64,000 nt of DNA from Thermodesulfobacteriota bacterium (lineage in GTDB: Bacteria > Desulfobacterota > Desulfobacteria > Desulfobacterales > SURF-7). Position 1 is the first letter of the stretch. Each line of letters opens with the position of its first letter. Under the pieces are notes generated by a model. It was not told the DNA's origin and did not search any database. It worked only from the letters and a program-made list of their open reading frames with translations. Where the stretch lies: contig JBMORA010000044.1 in NCBI GenBank assembly GCA_049320885.1, forward strand, positions 1 to 64,000. Direction: 5' to 3'. The translations under genes were made by a program, and so were the position numbers. This document shows positions 1-9,508 of this stretch, one piece after another.

Positions 1-125
1 TCCTCCACTTCCGGAGCGACTTTCGGCCTTCCGGGATACTTTCTGTGTTTGGAACCGTCGAACTTTCTGGCCACCAGTTCCCGGAACCATTTCAGGATGG
101 TTTCCGGCTTGACGATGCAGGCAAT
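1..125 (-). pseudogene. Fragment of an integrase-core-domain (IS3/IS481-like) transposase, running off the window edge
   Basis: Manual minus-strand translation gives IACIVKPETILKWFRELVARKFDGSKHRKYPGRPKVAPEVE, typical of this transposase group; no start codon recognised, and it abuts the integrase remnant. Confidence 0.6.
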
Positions 126-127
126 GC

Positions 128-530
128 GATGACAGCCCGTCTGTTTGGAATCCTAAAATTTCGGCATAAAAATAGAGAGCTGTCTCAGCCATGGGTATTC
201 TGGCATACCTACTGGAGCAGTAAAAACGGTACTAAAAAGAAAGGGCCGTTTCTGGATCGCAAGCGGATTATGAAATCCTTATGCGCCAAGGCAGGCGTAA
301 AATACTTCAGATTTCATGCCCTTAGACATCGAGGAGCTTCGATTCTTGAAAACAGTAAAGTGCCCATAGGATCAATTCAAAGAATATTGGGACACGAAAA
401 TCGAACGACAACTGAAATCTACCTGCACAGCATTAATGATTCGGAGAGACTGGCCATGGACATTTTTGAAAAAGCGCGAGAAAAGTCTCACACGGTTTCT
501 CACACAAGACCAGCTGAAGAGAATGTTTGA
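128..530 (+). pseudogene. C-terminal remnant of a tyrosine recombinase
   Basis: FHALRH...ILGHENRTTTEIY catalytic motifs; N-terminal part missing; TCTCACAC direct repeat at 486-506 looks like an arm site; points towards the tRNA-Arg 3' end. Confidence 0.8.
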
Positions 531-556
531 TTTATGTAACCAATTGTTATCATGAG

Positions 557-629
557 TGCCCCCGGCGTGAATCGAACACGCGGCACATGGATTAGGAATC
601 CATTGCTCTATCCACTGAGCTACGGGGGC
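557..629 (-). tRNA. tRNA-Arg (anticodon CCT)
   Basis: Reverse complement GCCCCCGTAGCTCAGTGGATAGAGCAATGGATTCCTAATCCATGTGCCGCGTGTTCGATTCACGCCGGGGGCA folds as a cloverleaf; CCA not encoded. Confidence 0.95.
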
Positions 630-664
630 TCATAAAGTAAAAACAGGCGGTTACGATCAACAAT

Positions 665-1735
665 TCACCGCATTTGGCCTTCGATCCGGCGAATTGTGCC
701 CGAAATTGTGCCCACGAGGGATTTCAGGTAGGTCTCCTGCTGCCGGCAGGCGAGTTTCAAATCCGTGTCGTTGACGATATTGTACCGGTCGAACACGGAT
801 CGGGTTTTATGTCCTGAAATCATCATCGCCACCCTTTCGGGTATTCCGGACCGCACCATGTTCCGCACGGCGGTCCGTCTAAAATCGTGAAAATGTCTTA
901 GGCCAATCTTCGCATCTTTGCAAGCGTTTTTCCAGGCTTTATCAAACCGTTTAACCCGATCCGTGCCGGTTCGATTCAGGAAAACATACGGCATCAGATT
1001 GGACCGTTTCGCCCAGCGATTCTGGAATAGGGCCTTGAGCTCGGAATCGAGGTAAATAGTGCGGGCCTCGTTGTTTTTGGTTTCCCCCACTTCCAGCCGC
1101 ACAATCCCTTGCTTGCGATCCACTTGATTCCAGGTAAGCCCGACAATTTCGGAAATGCGCCAGCCCGTCTTATACGCAAACGTGATGATGTCCTGAAGAA
1201 AATCCGGCATGGCCGTGCGAACGGCAAGGTATTCGCCATGTTCGAAAAAGCCCTTCCTGGCATTGTTTTCCTTCAACATGGGAATGTACGGCAGCCGGTC
1301 CACCAGCGGTGGCGTCTGGGCTTTTCCAAGATTCAGGATGCGTTTCAGCGCCGCCAGTTCGCGATTGATGGTGGCGTTGGCCGCGCCCTCCTGCAAACGA
1401 TTTTCGATGTATTCGTTTATCTTGATCGTGGTAATGGCCACAATGGCTGCGCCCTCGAAAGCCTCGGTCAGTTTTTCAACACTCCTTTCCGCTCTGGCGA
1501 GCGATTTTTTCTGGTTGATGCGATAATCCCGCAAGAAATCCAACGCCAATTGGTCGAAGGTGACTTTTTCAAAAACCACCCCCGGCAACTTGCCCTGGGC
1601 GATCTCTCCCTCCCGGCGTTCCAGCAGCTTTTTGGCCACCATCTTCTTGGTGCTGTTGGCACTTTCCCGGTAGGGTTTCCCATTGCGGTAATACTTGATC
1701 CACCAGACCTCTCCTCTTCGATACAAACTGCCCAT
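665..1735 (-). CDS. Tyrosine integrase
   Basis: GWRISEI, TKN, FHDFRRT, SGH, RY catalytic residues; N-terminal arm-binding region (WWIKYYRNG). Confidence 0.95.
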   Translation of the reverse strand: MGSLYRRGEVWWIKYYRNGKPYRESANSTKKMVAKKLLERREGEIAQGKLPGVVFEKVTFDQLALDFLRDYRINQKKSLARAERSVEKLTEAFEGAAIVAITTIKINEYIENRLQEGAANATINRELAALKRILNLGKAQTPPLVDRLPYIPMLKENNARKGFFEHGEYLAVRTAMPDFLQDIITFAYKTGWRISEIVGLTWNQVDRKQGIVRLEVGETKNNEARTIYLDSELKALFQNRWAKRSNLMPYVFLNRTGTDRVKRFDKAWKNACKDAKIGLRHFHDFRRTAVRNMVRSGIPERVAMMISGHKTRSVFDRYNIVNDTDLKLACRQQETYLKSLVGTISGTIRRIEGQMR

Positions 1736-1849
1736 GTCTCACCTCCATCTCGCCTTGACGGGCACAAGATGGCGCGGGAAAAGCCCGCAAGCCTTTCCAA
1801 TGCGGGTATACCCCAAGGTGGCCCGGTGGTTCAAGACACAATCCATTTG

Positions 1850-2074
1850 TCAGCGCCCCTTCGAATCTTCATTCCGCAGCTTGTATTTCTGAAGAAACGC
1901 ATCGATATCCTGGCGGTCGATGAACATTTTCCTTCCGACCTGAATGACGGGCAGATGCCCGGCCCAGATCTGGCTTCGCCAAAACCACTTGGTCGCCCCG
2001 ATTTCAGCGACCAACTCCTTAATGGAATACAAGCGCTTCGTGGGCACAGTCTGGGCACAGTTTCTCGTTTTCAT
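1850..2074 (-). CDS. Excisionase-like HTH protein
   Basis: 74 aa, LYSIKEL...LPVIQVGRKMFIDRQDIDAF; directly upstream of int; conserved copy at 61344. Confidence 0.85.
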   Translation of the reverse strand: MKTRNCAQTVPTKRLYSIKELVAEIGATKWFWRSQIWAGHLPVIQVGRKMFIDRQDIDAFLQKYKLRNEDSKGR

Positions 2075-2907
2075 TGCTGATTCCCCCTAATTGTGTGCTG
2101 CTGGGCGGGGGTATAGCGCGCCAGCAAAGCGGCTTTTTCTTTTTCAAAAGCCGTTTCCGTCAGGGGTGGTCCGGATTCCAGGGGAGGGATGGGGAATCCA
2201 GGAGATTTCCCCATCCCGCTCTTTGTGTCATGAGGGGGTGGGTTCTCTTTCTTATGATCTACTTTAAAATTTTTTATTTCATATGATCTAGTTCGGGTGC
2301 CACCGGTGACGAATGCTTCCCCGTCACCGTTGTCTAATGCCGATTCGTCACCGGTGCGGCATGGGCTGCCGGTATGGATGACATGGCAAAAATGTCCGGG
2401 GCTGTCATCCCTGTCCTCTACTGACATTTTTTCCTCCTCGTTTTCCGGAGGCAAGATCAGCCGCTGGGGCGGGTTATTGACCACCGCATCGTCGTAGATG
2501 GGATGCCAAGCGTGATAATACCGGGTGGATCGATGCTGACCTTTCTGGCGGTTGCTGGGCGCCCTTTTGATGAGAAACCCCTTTTCCACGAGCGCATTGA
2601 TCACCCGGTTCACCTGGCGCATGGAAATTTTGATGGATTTGGCCAGGGTGCGAAGGGAGGGGTAGCATTGACCGTTTTGACCGCTGAATTGATTGAGCTT
2701 GGTCATGCAAATCTTTTCCGTGTTGGTAAGAAGATCGGTTTCCAGCAGCGGTTCCGGAAGATAGCCACTATTGAAGACTTGATATAACAAAAACGCTTCT
2801 CCGGGCTTTATATGGAAATCCCGGCCGTAGGTTCTTGTTTTTGACGTTACTGCGGACCGCTGCTTCCGATGCATGCTTTCCTGATTCCGTTTCATGAGGT
2901 CCTCCAT
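2071..2907 (-). CDS. HTH replication-initiator-like protein, internally deleted relative to the 60160 copy
   Basis: CYPSLRTLAKSIKISMRQVNRVINALVEKGFL winged-HTH; 117 codons shorter than its paralogue. Confidence 0.75.
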   Translation of the reverse strand: MEDLMKRNQESMHRKQRSAVTSKTRTYGRDFHIKPGEAFLLYQVFNSGYLPEPLLETDLLTNTEKICMTKLNQFSGQNGQCYPSLRTLAKSIKISMRQVNRVINALVEKGFLIKRAPSNRQKGQHRSTRYYHAWHPIYDDAVVNNPPQRLILPPENEEEKMSVEDRDDSPGHFCHVIHTGSPCRTGDESALDNGDGEAFVTGGTRTRSYEIKNFKVDHKKENPPPHDTKSGMGKSPGFPIPPLESGPPLTETAFEKEKAALLARYTPAQQHTIRGNQQ

Positions 2908-3244
2908 TTGTTGGTTTTGCGTGTTTTGATTCCACAGGTTCCAAAAAGAAGCCTTTCTAATTTCAATAATAGGAACATGGTAAAGTGACGCGGAAACGGA
3001 AGGAGCGTTTGGTTGGATTACATTCGGAACGGGAAAAAGGAGTCAATAAATTTTTATATATTGATAATACAGGTAATTTTAATATTGTCAGCAGGAAAGA
3101 TGAAAAATTGAAAACAAAAAGCCTGTCCCAAAACGAAACTGTTTCGCCTTCTGGGACAAAAATCAAAATGGCATCGAATTTCTCGTTGAAAAATGCAAAG
3201 ACGATACGCCTGAATTGATTATCCGACTACCTAATGGAGCACAC

Positions 3245-3643
3245 CTAATGGAGCAGACGAGTTGATTTGCCTTGAGATTGCAGGATGGAGACAGCTTCTT
3301 TATCAAAAGAGACGAATTCCTCGGCGCCTAACCATTCGCCTTCATAAGCGATGACCCCATCTGCGAAATCACCGCCCGCCAAAAGGATGGATAGTCCGGC
3401 TTCTACTGCCGGCCGGTTCATAATGACATTGGTACATTTCATCAAGCGATGAATCGCCTCTGCGATATCGGTAGGGGAGATTTTATAGCCTCGCCGTAGT
3501 ACCCAAACGAACTCACATAGTACCGGTAATGGTATGGCAACAAGCGCAGCTTCCTGCAAGGCTTTTGCCGCCAGACGGGCCTGATGCTTGTCGTCTTGAA
3601 CGGCTGCCCGCACCAGCACATTGGTATCGACTGTAATTTTCAT
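3245..3643 (-). CDS. vapC: VapC-family PIN toxin
   Basis: VDTNVLVR, CEFVWVL, DFAD, SFD acidic PIN motifs; overlaps the antitoxin stop. Confidence 0.9.
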   Translation of the reverse strand: MKITVDTNVLVRAAVQDDKHQARLAAKALQEAALVAIPLPVLCEFVWVLRRGYKISPTDIAEAIHRLMKCTNVIMNRPAVEAGLSILLAGGDFADGVIAYEGEWLGAEEFVSFDKEAVSILQSQGKSTRLLH

Positions 3644-3897
3644 TTTTCCCCCGCCCACCCCTGGTCCGTAATCGCCTTCATTTCATCAATCGTCAACGTG
3701 GGCCGACTTTCTTGCGCAAGGCAGCCGATAAAATCCGAAATCGAACCATTTGCAGCGGCTGCCCTGACCACGATCCTGCCATTGGGTATTTTATCAACCT
3801 CGATTTTCTGGCCTGGGCCGACACCCAGATGATTCAATACATCTTGTCGTAAAGTGACCTGACCCTTTGCGGTAATAGTTAGTGTGGTCATTGGCAT
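3640..3897 (-). CDS. AbrB/MazE-type antitoxin
   Basis: TITAKGQVTL swapped-hairpin motif; coupled to the PIN gene. Confidence 0.9.
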   Translation of the reverse strand: MPMTTLTITAKGQVTLRQDVLNHLGVGPGQKIEVDKIPNGRIVVRAAAANGSISDFIGCLAQESRPTLTIDEMKAITDQGWAGEK

Positions 3898-3982
3898 AGT
3901 CTCCTTTCAATTATTGACAACAGTAAGGCAATATCGCCTTACTATCAAGTAAAAAAGTCATAACCTTCCTCGAAAAGCCACA

Positions 3983-4447
3983 CGCCGCCACTTACAAGCC
4001 ATCTCCAAGCCAACTTGAATCCACCAATTGAGCTTCGGACGGGATCATCGCTTCGGGGTTGCCATCCGGTTCGTGATGAAACCCGTTTGTCCAATGAAAA
4101 GGAGCGGACTGTCCCACGGAAATCGGACGGATGTCCGACGAAACGCCTGCAAATATCTCCCTATAGGCCTTCTAAAAGCAGCAAAACCATTTGTTTTCAA
4201 ACAAATTATTAATCAGACCATCGAACCATTGTCAAACCTGATGAATACCGGGGCTGTCCAATGAAAATATGATCCATGTCCAATCCGGGGAATCGACCTG
4301 TCCAACGGAAAAAAGGAGTGTCCAATGAAAATCACAAACAAAATCGTATCATAAAAAACAGTTGGGAGTGATGATCAGAATTTTGATTTTTTTACAGCCC
4401 CGATTTTCCCATGGCCCTATATATTATATTAGGAACGTTGGACACGT
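3983..4447 (+). repeat. Non-coding element with phased TGTCCAA repeats (copy 1)
   Basis: TGTCC(A/C/G)A at 4088, 4110, 4132, 4255, 4277, 4299, 4319 and an inverted copy at 4438; homologous to 29784-30111. Confidence 0.85.
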
Positions 4448-4457
4448 CCTAATTTTT

Positions 4458-7409
4458 TCAGGGAAGGTCAGCCGCTTTTGACGCGATGCTTTTAGTGAGT
4501 TCATGGGCAATATTGGCACTTTCGATGCGCATCATGCTTTCCTGGGCGTTGCCGTAGCTAAATAGATTGATGCTGCCGTACCAGACGATCTTCTGATCCA
4601 GCAGGGCGAATTTCTGATGGATATTGGATTTGAATACCACATGGATCCCATGGGCTTTCAACAGGTCCAGGGCGTTTTCCAAGGCCGGTTGGTCTTCTGG
4701 TTTGAAATCCGCAAGCGGGCGGGTCACGACGATCACACGGACCTGCTGCTCTAAAGCCGGCTGCAGGTGCTGGATCATCTGGGCGGCCCGCCGTTTCCGG
4801 ATAAAGGGACTGACAATGAGGATCTCCTTTTTCGCCCCGACGAGATCTTGCTGGAACACCGGTAAAAAATTGTTCTTGTCAAAAATGATATCCACCGGTG
4901 CCGACAGGATGTCCTCACCCTTGGCTTTATAGCCCATGGAAGCATACCCGTTCAGCCGTTTCTGGTACATTCGCTCCAGCATCTTCACCTGGATATCCAC
5001 GTAATCATAGATCCGTACTTCCTTTTTATTCTGGAACAACCGGTGGAGCCGGCCGGCATACTGTTGCAAGGTGCCTTTCCAGGATATGGGCATGGTGAGA
5101 AACAGGGTGTCCAGGCGGGGCTCGTCGAATCCTTCGCCGATGAAATGACCCGTGGCCACCAAGATGAGGTGCTTGTCTTCCGGCGTTTCGGCTATGCGTT
5201 GAAACAGTTCCCGGGTTGCTTTCACACCCAGGCCGCCGGTCAGCACCACGACATCCGGAATCTCCTGTTTGATTTTCCCGGCCAGCGCCGCCACATGGGC
5301 GGTCCGCAGGGACAAGACAATACAGTTCCGGCCCCGCCGATAATTGTCCACGACGTCGTCGACAATCTGCTGATTCCGCATCTCGTTATCCACGATCTCC
5401 CCATAGAGCTCCTGGATGGAGACCTCTTTTTCATCCCGATCCAGGGGAATTCGCAGGGCAGTGAAACGCGGCAGGATGTAGTGGTCAAACGGCCTTTTTT
5501 CCGCCTGCTTTTTGGCATCATCGCGATACCGGATCGGGCCGCAATGCATGAACAGAATGGGATGGTGGCCGTCTTTCCGTGTCGGTGTGGCCGTGAGACC
5601 GTAAATGTATTTGGCCGTGGCGGTCTTTAAAATGTTTTCATAGCTGAAAGCCGATGCATGGTGACATTCATCGGCAATGATCATCCCGTAATTCCGGACA
5701 CAGTCCTTGACTTCGCCTTGCCGGCTGAGGGATTGCATCACCGCGATATCCACAATTCCGCTCGGCGCGTTTTTCCCCGCCCCGATTTGACCCACTGGGC
5801 TGATCTGTTTCTTTCTTCCGCGCTTTTTGGGGGCTGCAGGATCCGGTTCCGGCAGGCGTTCATGGATGGTCAGAAACTGCGTCAGTTTTTTCTTCCATTG
5901 GGACAATAAACCGATTTTATCCACCAGAATGAGGGTGTTCACCTTTCTTTCTGCAATCAGACGGATGGCCACGACAGTCTTGCCAAAAGCAGTAGTCCCG
6001 GACAGGATCCCGGTATCATGGGGCAGCAGGTGTTCGAGGGCCAGAGCCTGCTCCTCGCGCAACTCCCCGTTGAACGCCACTTCGATATGTTTGCCGGAAT
6101 TGGTTTTATCGATCAACCGCACGGCAATGCCGATTTGCGAAAGTTCATCGGACAGTTCCGGCTCACATCCCCGCGGCAGACACAAGAATTCATTAGTTTC
6201 ATCCGCACAAGAAATCACGCGGTCAAATCCATAGGTGGATAAGCGCATGGCTTGCTGCTTGTAAAACATCGGGTTCTTGAAAGACGCCAATCGCTTCAGC
6301 CGGTTCAGCGCCCGTTGGGAGATGTCGGCCTTGGGGATGAACAGCATATTGGCCCGCACGATCTCTATTTGATCGGGAAAGTCGCTTTTCTGCAAACCGA
6401 TTTTGGGGGGCGGGGGTTCCCAGGGTTTCGGGCCTTCCACGTCATCTTCCGCAATGGCCAGAACTCCCAGCTCGTGTCCGGGGGCCAGCGCTGAAATGAG
6501 ATCGTGCACGCGATCTTCGGAAAGCTTCTTCAGACCGGATAAAAACGCCCATTGATCAGAATAGGAATCAAAATTTTCATCGATGAATTCGCTGTTGCCG
6601 TTTTCCCTGGCGGCTTTCTGCAGCGGCAGAGCGATCAAATTCCCCAGTCCGCCTGTGGGCAGATTGTCCTGACTGGGAAACAGCCGGTCATAGGATTTGA
6701 ACTGGATTTCATGCCGCCTATTCATGGAACAGGTCAGCAGGGCGGTGCCGAATTTTCGCGCCAGCGCAGCCGGTATTTGTTCCTCGAAGAAAAACCACAC
6801 ATGCCCGCCTTTGCCGGACCGCGACCGCTCCACTGCCAGTGGAATGGCAAATTCATCGCAGACACTGCGCACCGTGGCGATATCCCCGCGCCAATCCCCT
6901 TCGTCAAAATCCATGGCCAGAAACCAGCAGGTTTCATCCGCCAGCATGGGATATATGCCGGCGATGAGGGTGCCGCGCAGATGATGTTCGATGACGTTTT
7001 CATCCAACACGGCATAGGCTTTATGGCTGCATTTCGCGCAGGGAATCTTGGGCTTGGCGCAGACCCCGCCCCGCCACTGGTTCAAACAAACCGGCGTATA
7101 CCCGGAAGTGCCTTTGGTTTTATTCTCCCACCGTTTGGCATACACATCCTCCCGGCCCTTGAAGAGCGACCTGAACAATCTGATTTTGGAGATCGAATCC
7201 GAGGCATTATGAATATCCGGCAGTGGGCACGGGTCCTGAGTTTCAACGTGAGGAACATCACCAGCCGGTATAAAAGATGAGCTGCTCTCTGGAAAAGAAA
7301 CCGCTGGTGTTATTCCGAGCCGGTCCTTCAAGCGCTGGTTTTCTTCGGTTAGGCGCGCGATCTCTTCCAATAAAAAAGTATATTTTTCAAGGAGTTCGTT
7401 ATAGCTCAT
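4458..7409 (-). CDS. AEP primase-like domain + SF2 DEAD/DEAH helicase + PLD-like nuclease fusion (TOTE-conflict-system-like)
   Basis: FLAMDFDE and RSRSGKGGHVWFFF (AEP); AFGKT, DECHH, GLTATP, QYAGRLHR (SF2); HQKFALLD...GSIN (HKD nuclease). Start moved to ATG 7409 just after higA. Confidence 0.85.
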   Translation of the reverse strand: MSYNELLEKYTFLLEEIARLTEENQRLKDRLGITPAVSFPESSSSFIPAGDVPHVETQDPCPLPDIHNASDSISKIRLFRSLFKGREDVYAKRWENKTKGTSGYTPVCLNQWRGGVCAKPKIPCAKCSHKAYAVLDENVIEHHLRGTLIAGIYPMLADETCWFLAMDFDEGDWRGDIATVRSVCDEFAIPLAVERSRSGKGGHVWFFFEEQIPAALARKFGTALLTCSMNRRHEIQFKSYDRLFPSQDNLPTGGLGNLIALPLQKAARENGNSEFIDENFDSYSDQWAFLSGLKKLSEDRVHDLISALAPGHELGVLAIAEDDVEGPKPWEPPPPKIGLQKSDFPDQIEIVRANMLFIPKADISQRALNRLKRLASFKNPMFYKQQAMRLSTYGFDRVISCADETNEFLCLPRGCEPELSDELSQIGIAVRLIDKTNSGKHIEVAFNGELREEQALALEHLLPHDTGILSGTTAFGKTVVAIRLIAERKVNTLILVDKIGLLSQWKKKLTQFLTIHERLPEPDPAAPKKRGRKKQISPVGQIGAGKNAPSGIVDIAVMQSLSRQGEVKDCVRNYGMIIADECHHASAFSYENILKTATAKYIYGLTATPTRKDGHHPILFMHCGPIRYRDDAKKQAEKRPFDHYILPRFTALRIPLDRDEKEVSIQELYGEIVDNEMRNQQIVDDVVDNYRRGRNCIVLSLRTAHVAALAGKIKQEIPDVVVLTGGLGVKATRELFQRIAETPEDKHLILVATGHFIGEGFDEPRLDTLFLTMPISWKGTLQQYAGRLHRLFQNKKEVRIYDYVDIQVKMLERMYQKRLNGYASMGYKAKGEDILSAPVDIIFDKNNFLPVFQQDLVGAKKEILIVSPFIRKRRAAQMIQHLQPALEQQVRVIVVTRPLADFKPEDQPALENALDLLKAHGIHVVFKSNIHQKFALLDQKIVWYGSINLFSYGNAQESMMRIESANIAHELTKSIASKAADLP

Positions 7410-7414
7410 GCACA

Positions 7415-8626
7415 CTATGGTTCGATAAAGTGTTTGCGCACCAGCTTGCTGCCGATATACCTGGAGAACAGTCTGAAATTCTTTTTCTCGTGCCGAACTC
7501 TGCCGGCAACGATTGCAGGGTGAATTTTTAACGAATCGGCGATGGAATGAATCATTTCGGCGGTCACGTTGCCATTCATGGGATGCTTCACCCATACTTT
7601 ATGGGGGATCAGCCCTTCCTGCGCCATGGCATCCGCCTCTTTTTCTATTTGATCCTCGGAGGCGTTGTCTTGATCCCGTAAATCCAAATCATCGATAATG
7701 AAGCGTTTGGACAATGACAAATGTTTTGCGATATGTGCCAGTTCGTGTAGCAGACAAAACCAGAAGCTGTCGATTCGATCATAACGAAGGGTCAAACCGA
7801 CAATCGGATTGCCATCCGGCCCCAGCATTGCCGCACCGTCCAGATAGGTCTTGGGCAGGTGGGGAACCACCACCAGATGAATCCCTTGTTTTTCCAGATA
7901 TTCTTTTGCCAGCAATGGCCCGTTTTCAAAATAACTCAGCCGGGCGATTTCCTGTAGCGTGCTCTGCCGGATGGAACTCTTGACATAGACTGCCGGTAAT
8001 GGATTCTGCCGAGCAAGGGCCAGCACACGAAGGCACCACGCCATCAATGCATAGGGGTCCATTTTGGAATTGTGCCGAGCGCTTTTGGTTGTTCGGAAGC
8101 AAGCATCCGCGAGGGAATCCATGCCACCTGCCTGGGCGATAAATTCGCGCAGGCGCTCCTCCACTTTTCCCCTTACGTGCTTCCATTCCGGAAGCCAGCG
8201 CCGTTTTGCCATCTCCATCACCGGAAATCTATTCCATTCCAACCCATTCATATCTTCCGGCAAATTCGCGCCCGGCACTTTCAGCAGAACCTCGGCCGGC
8301 AACCTCAGGTTTTGATGGAGTGACCGCATCATGGCCAGGGTGAGCGGGCGTTTCCCATTCAGCACCTCGGAAACCTTGCTCTTGGCACCGAAATAAGGGA
8401 CCATGTCTTTTGGGGCCAGTCCCAGTTGTTCCATACGGAATTTGATGGCCTCCACAGGATCGGGCAGCTCGATGGGGTATTGGTCGTCCTCATAGATCTT
8501 GACGAGGGTCGTCAGTAGTTCCAACTCATCCAGGTCATCCGAGCCCGGCGTTGCATCCATGAGCCGTTCAATGCGGGACAGGGCCTTTTCATAGTCTTCT
8601 TCGGTTTTTATCAGACGGGTTATCAT
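7415..8626 (-). CDS. higA: HigA-type HTH antitoxin fused to an ImmA/IrrE-like metallopeptidase
   Basis: PDPVEAIKFRMEQ...VSEVLNGKRPLT HTH; HELAH zinc motif. Confidence 0.85.
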   Translation of the reverse strand: MITRLIKTEEDYEKALSRIERLMDATPGSDDLDELELLTTLVKIYEDDQYPIELPDPVEAIKFRMEQLGLAPKDMVPYFGAKSKVSEVLNGKRPLTLAMMRSLHQNLRLPAEVLLKVPGANLPEDMNGLEWNRFPVMEMAKRRWLPEWKHVRGKVEERLREFIAQAGGMDSLADACFRTTKSARHNSKMDPYALMAWCLRVLALARQNPLPAVYVKSSIRQSTLQEIARLSYFENGPLLAKEYLEKQGIHLVVVPHLPKTYLDGAAMLGPDGNPIVGLTLRYDRIDSFWFCLLHELAHIAKHLSLSKRFIIDDLDLRDQDNASEDQIEKEADAMAQEGLIPHKVWVKHPMNGNVTAEMIHSIADSLKIHPAIVAGRVRHEKKNFRLFSRYIGSKLVRKHFIEP

Positions 8627-8925
8627 CAGATGGCCTCCGCATCGACCTTATCGTACTCCTTATGCGTATCAATAAAACGCACAAAAACGGTTTTCGAAGA
8701 ATAGTTTATTTTTACCACCAGCCGGTATTTGTTGCCTGCGATATTGAAAACAACCCGGTTGTCCCCCAGAATGCTGGCGGAGCGATATTGAGCCTTCACA
8801 TCTGCCGACGATGCCCATTGTGCATGCTTTGCCTCATGATACCAGGCTTCCAGCTGTCCCTTGGCATCATGGCGCCCCGCTTGTGAATAGAATTCCACCA
8901 ATTTCTTTCGGCTGATTACATGCAT
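8626..8925 (-). CDS. higB: HigB-family toxin
   Basis: MHVISRK...RVVFNIAGNKYRLV...THKEYDK. Confidence 0.92.
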   Translation of the reverse strand: MHVISRKKLVEFYSQAGRHDAKGQLEAWYHEAKHAQWASSADVKAQYRSASILGDNRVVFNIAGNKYRLVVKINYSSKTVFVRFIDTHKEYDKVDAEAI

Positions 8926-8953
8926 ACTTTAATCAGTTCCCAAAAACATGTCA

Positions 8954-8986
8954 ATATTAAAGTTCCCAAAATGGGAACTTTAATAT
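8954..8986. promoter_or_regulatory. Probable HigA operator
   Basis: Perfect 15-3-15 palindrome ATATTAAAGTTCCCA-AAA-TGGGAACTTTAATAT next to a minus-strand TTGACA (8949-8954); extra half-site AGTTCCCAAAA at 8935. Confidence 0.7.
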
Positions 8987-9020
8987 GGGATTTTAGTCTT
9001 ACGCTGAAGCCTTCCCGCCA

Positions 9021-9275
9021 TTAATTCATACAGATGATTGATCCAATAGAGACGATATCGTCATTTCCCAAGTAATTTTTTTGGATCACAGATAACCAAG
9101 CGCGACCTTGTTCCGTAAGCCGATATTTTTGCATCCTGCTGTTCGGTCGATCTGGAATGGTATATTCAATATGCCCATTGGCGAGCATCTTGCGAACCAA
9201 CTCATTCTGATAGCGGCTTGGCTTACTCATTCCAAGTTTTTCCGCCATTTCTTTTTTCAGAGAACAACGCGCCAA
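9021..9275 (-). pseudogene. C-terminal winged-HTH remnant of a Fic/RecG-associated protein
   Basis: IEYTIPDRPNSRMQKYRLT motif with no upstream domain. Confidence 0.6.
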
Positions 9276-9508
9276 GTGGAGGAACTGGACCCTTCATCCG
9301 GTCGGGGATGGGCGCTGATCGAAAAGGACGAACTGCACGGCCGGATCTTTTTTCACCAGGGGGATGAGTCCGCATTCCGGGCGATGAAATCATCAGTTGA
9401 TAATTACAACCTTTCATTTGGCCGATATAAAACCTTCATTTAGCCGAACAACAAGTTTTCGAATGGACGCAATGGCCGAACCGATCCTGTATCTGTAGGA
9501 ATAACCAC

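Noticed and set aside
1109..2080. 323-aa ORF (and 61275-62399) opposite int/xis
   Set aside because: Antisense shadows of clearly identifiable genes
4088..4325. Periodic repeats as a CRISPR array
   Set aside because: Repeat is only 7 bp with 13-15 bp spacers, and there are no cas genes in the window
9276..9443. Plus-strand fragment DPSSGRGWA...HGRIFFHQGDES
   Set aside because: Looks like a gene remnant fused back-to-back with the Fic-like remnant, but I cannot assign it
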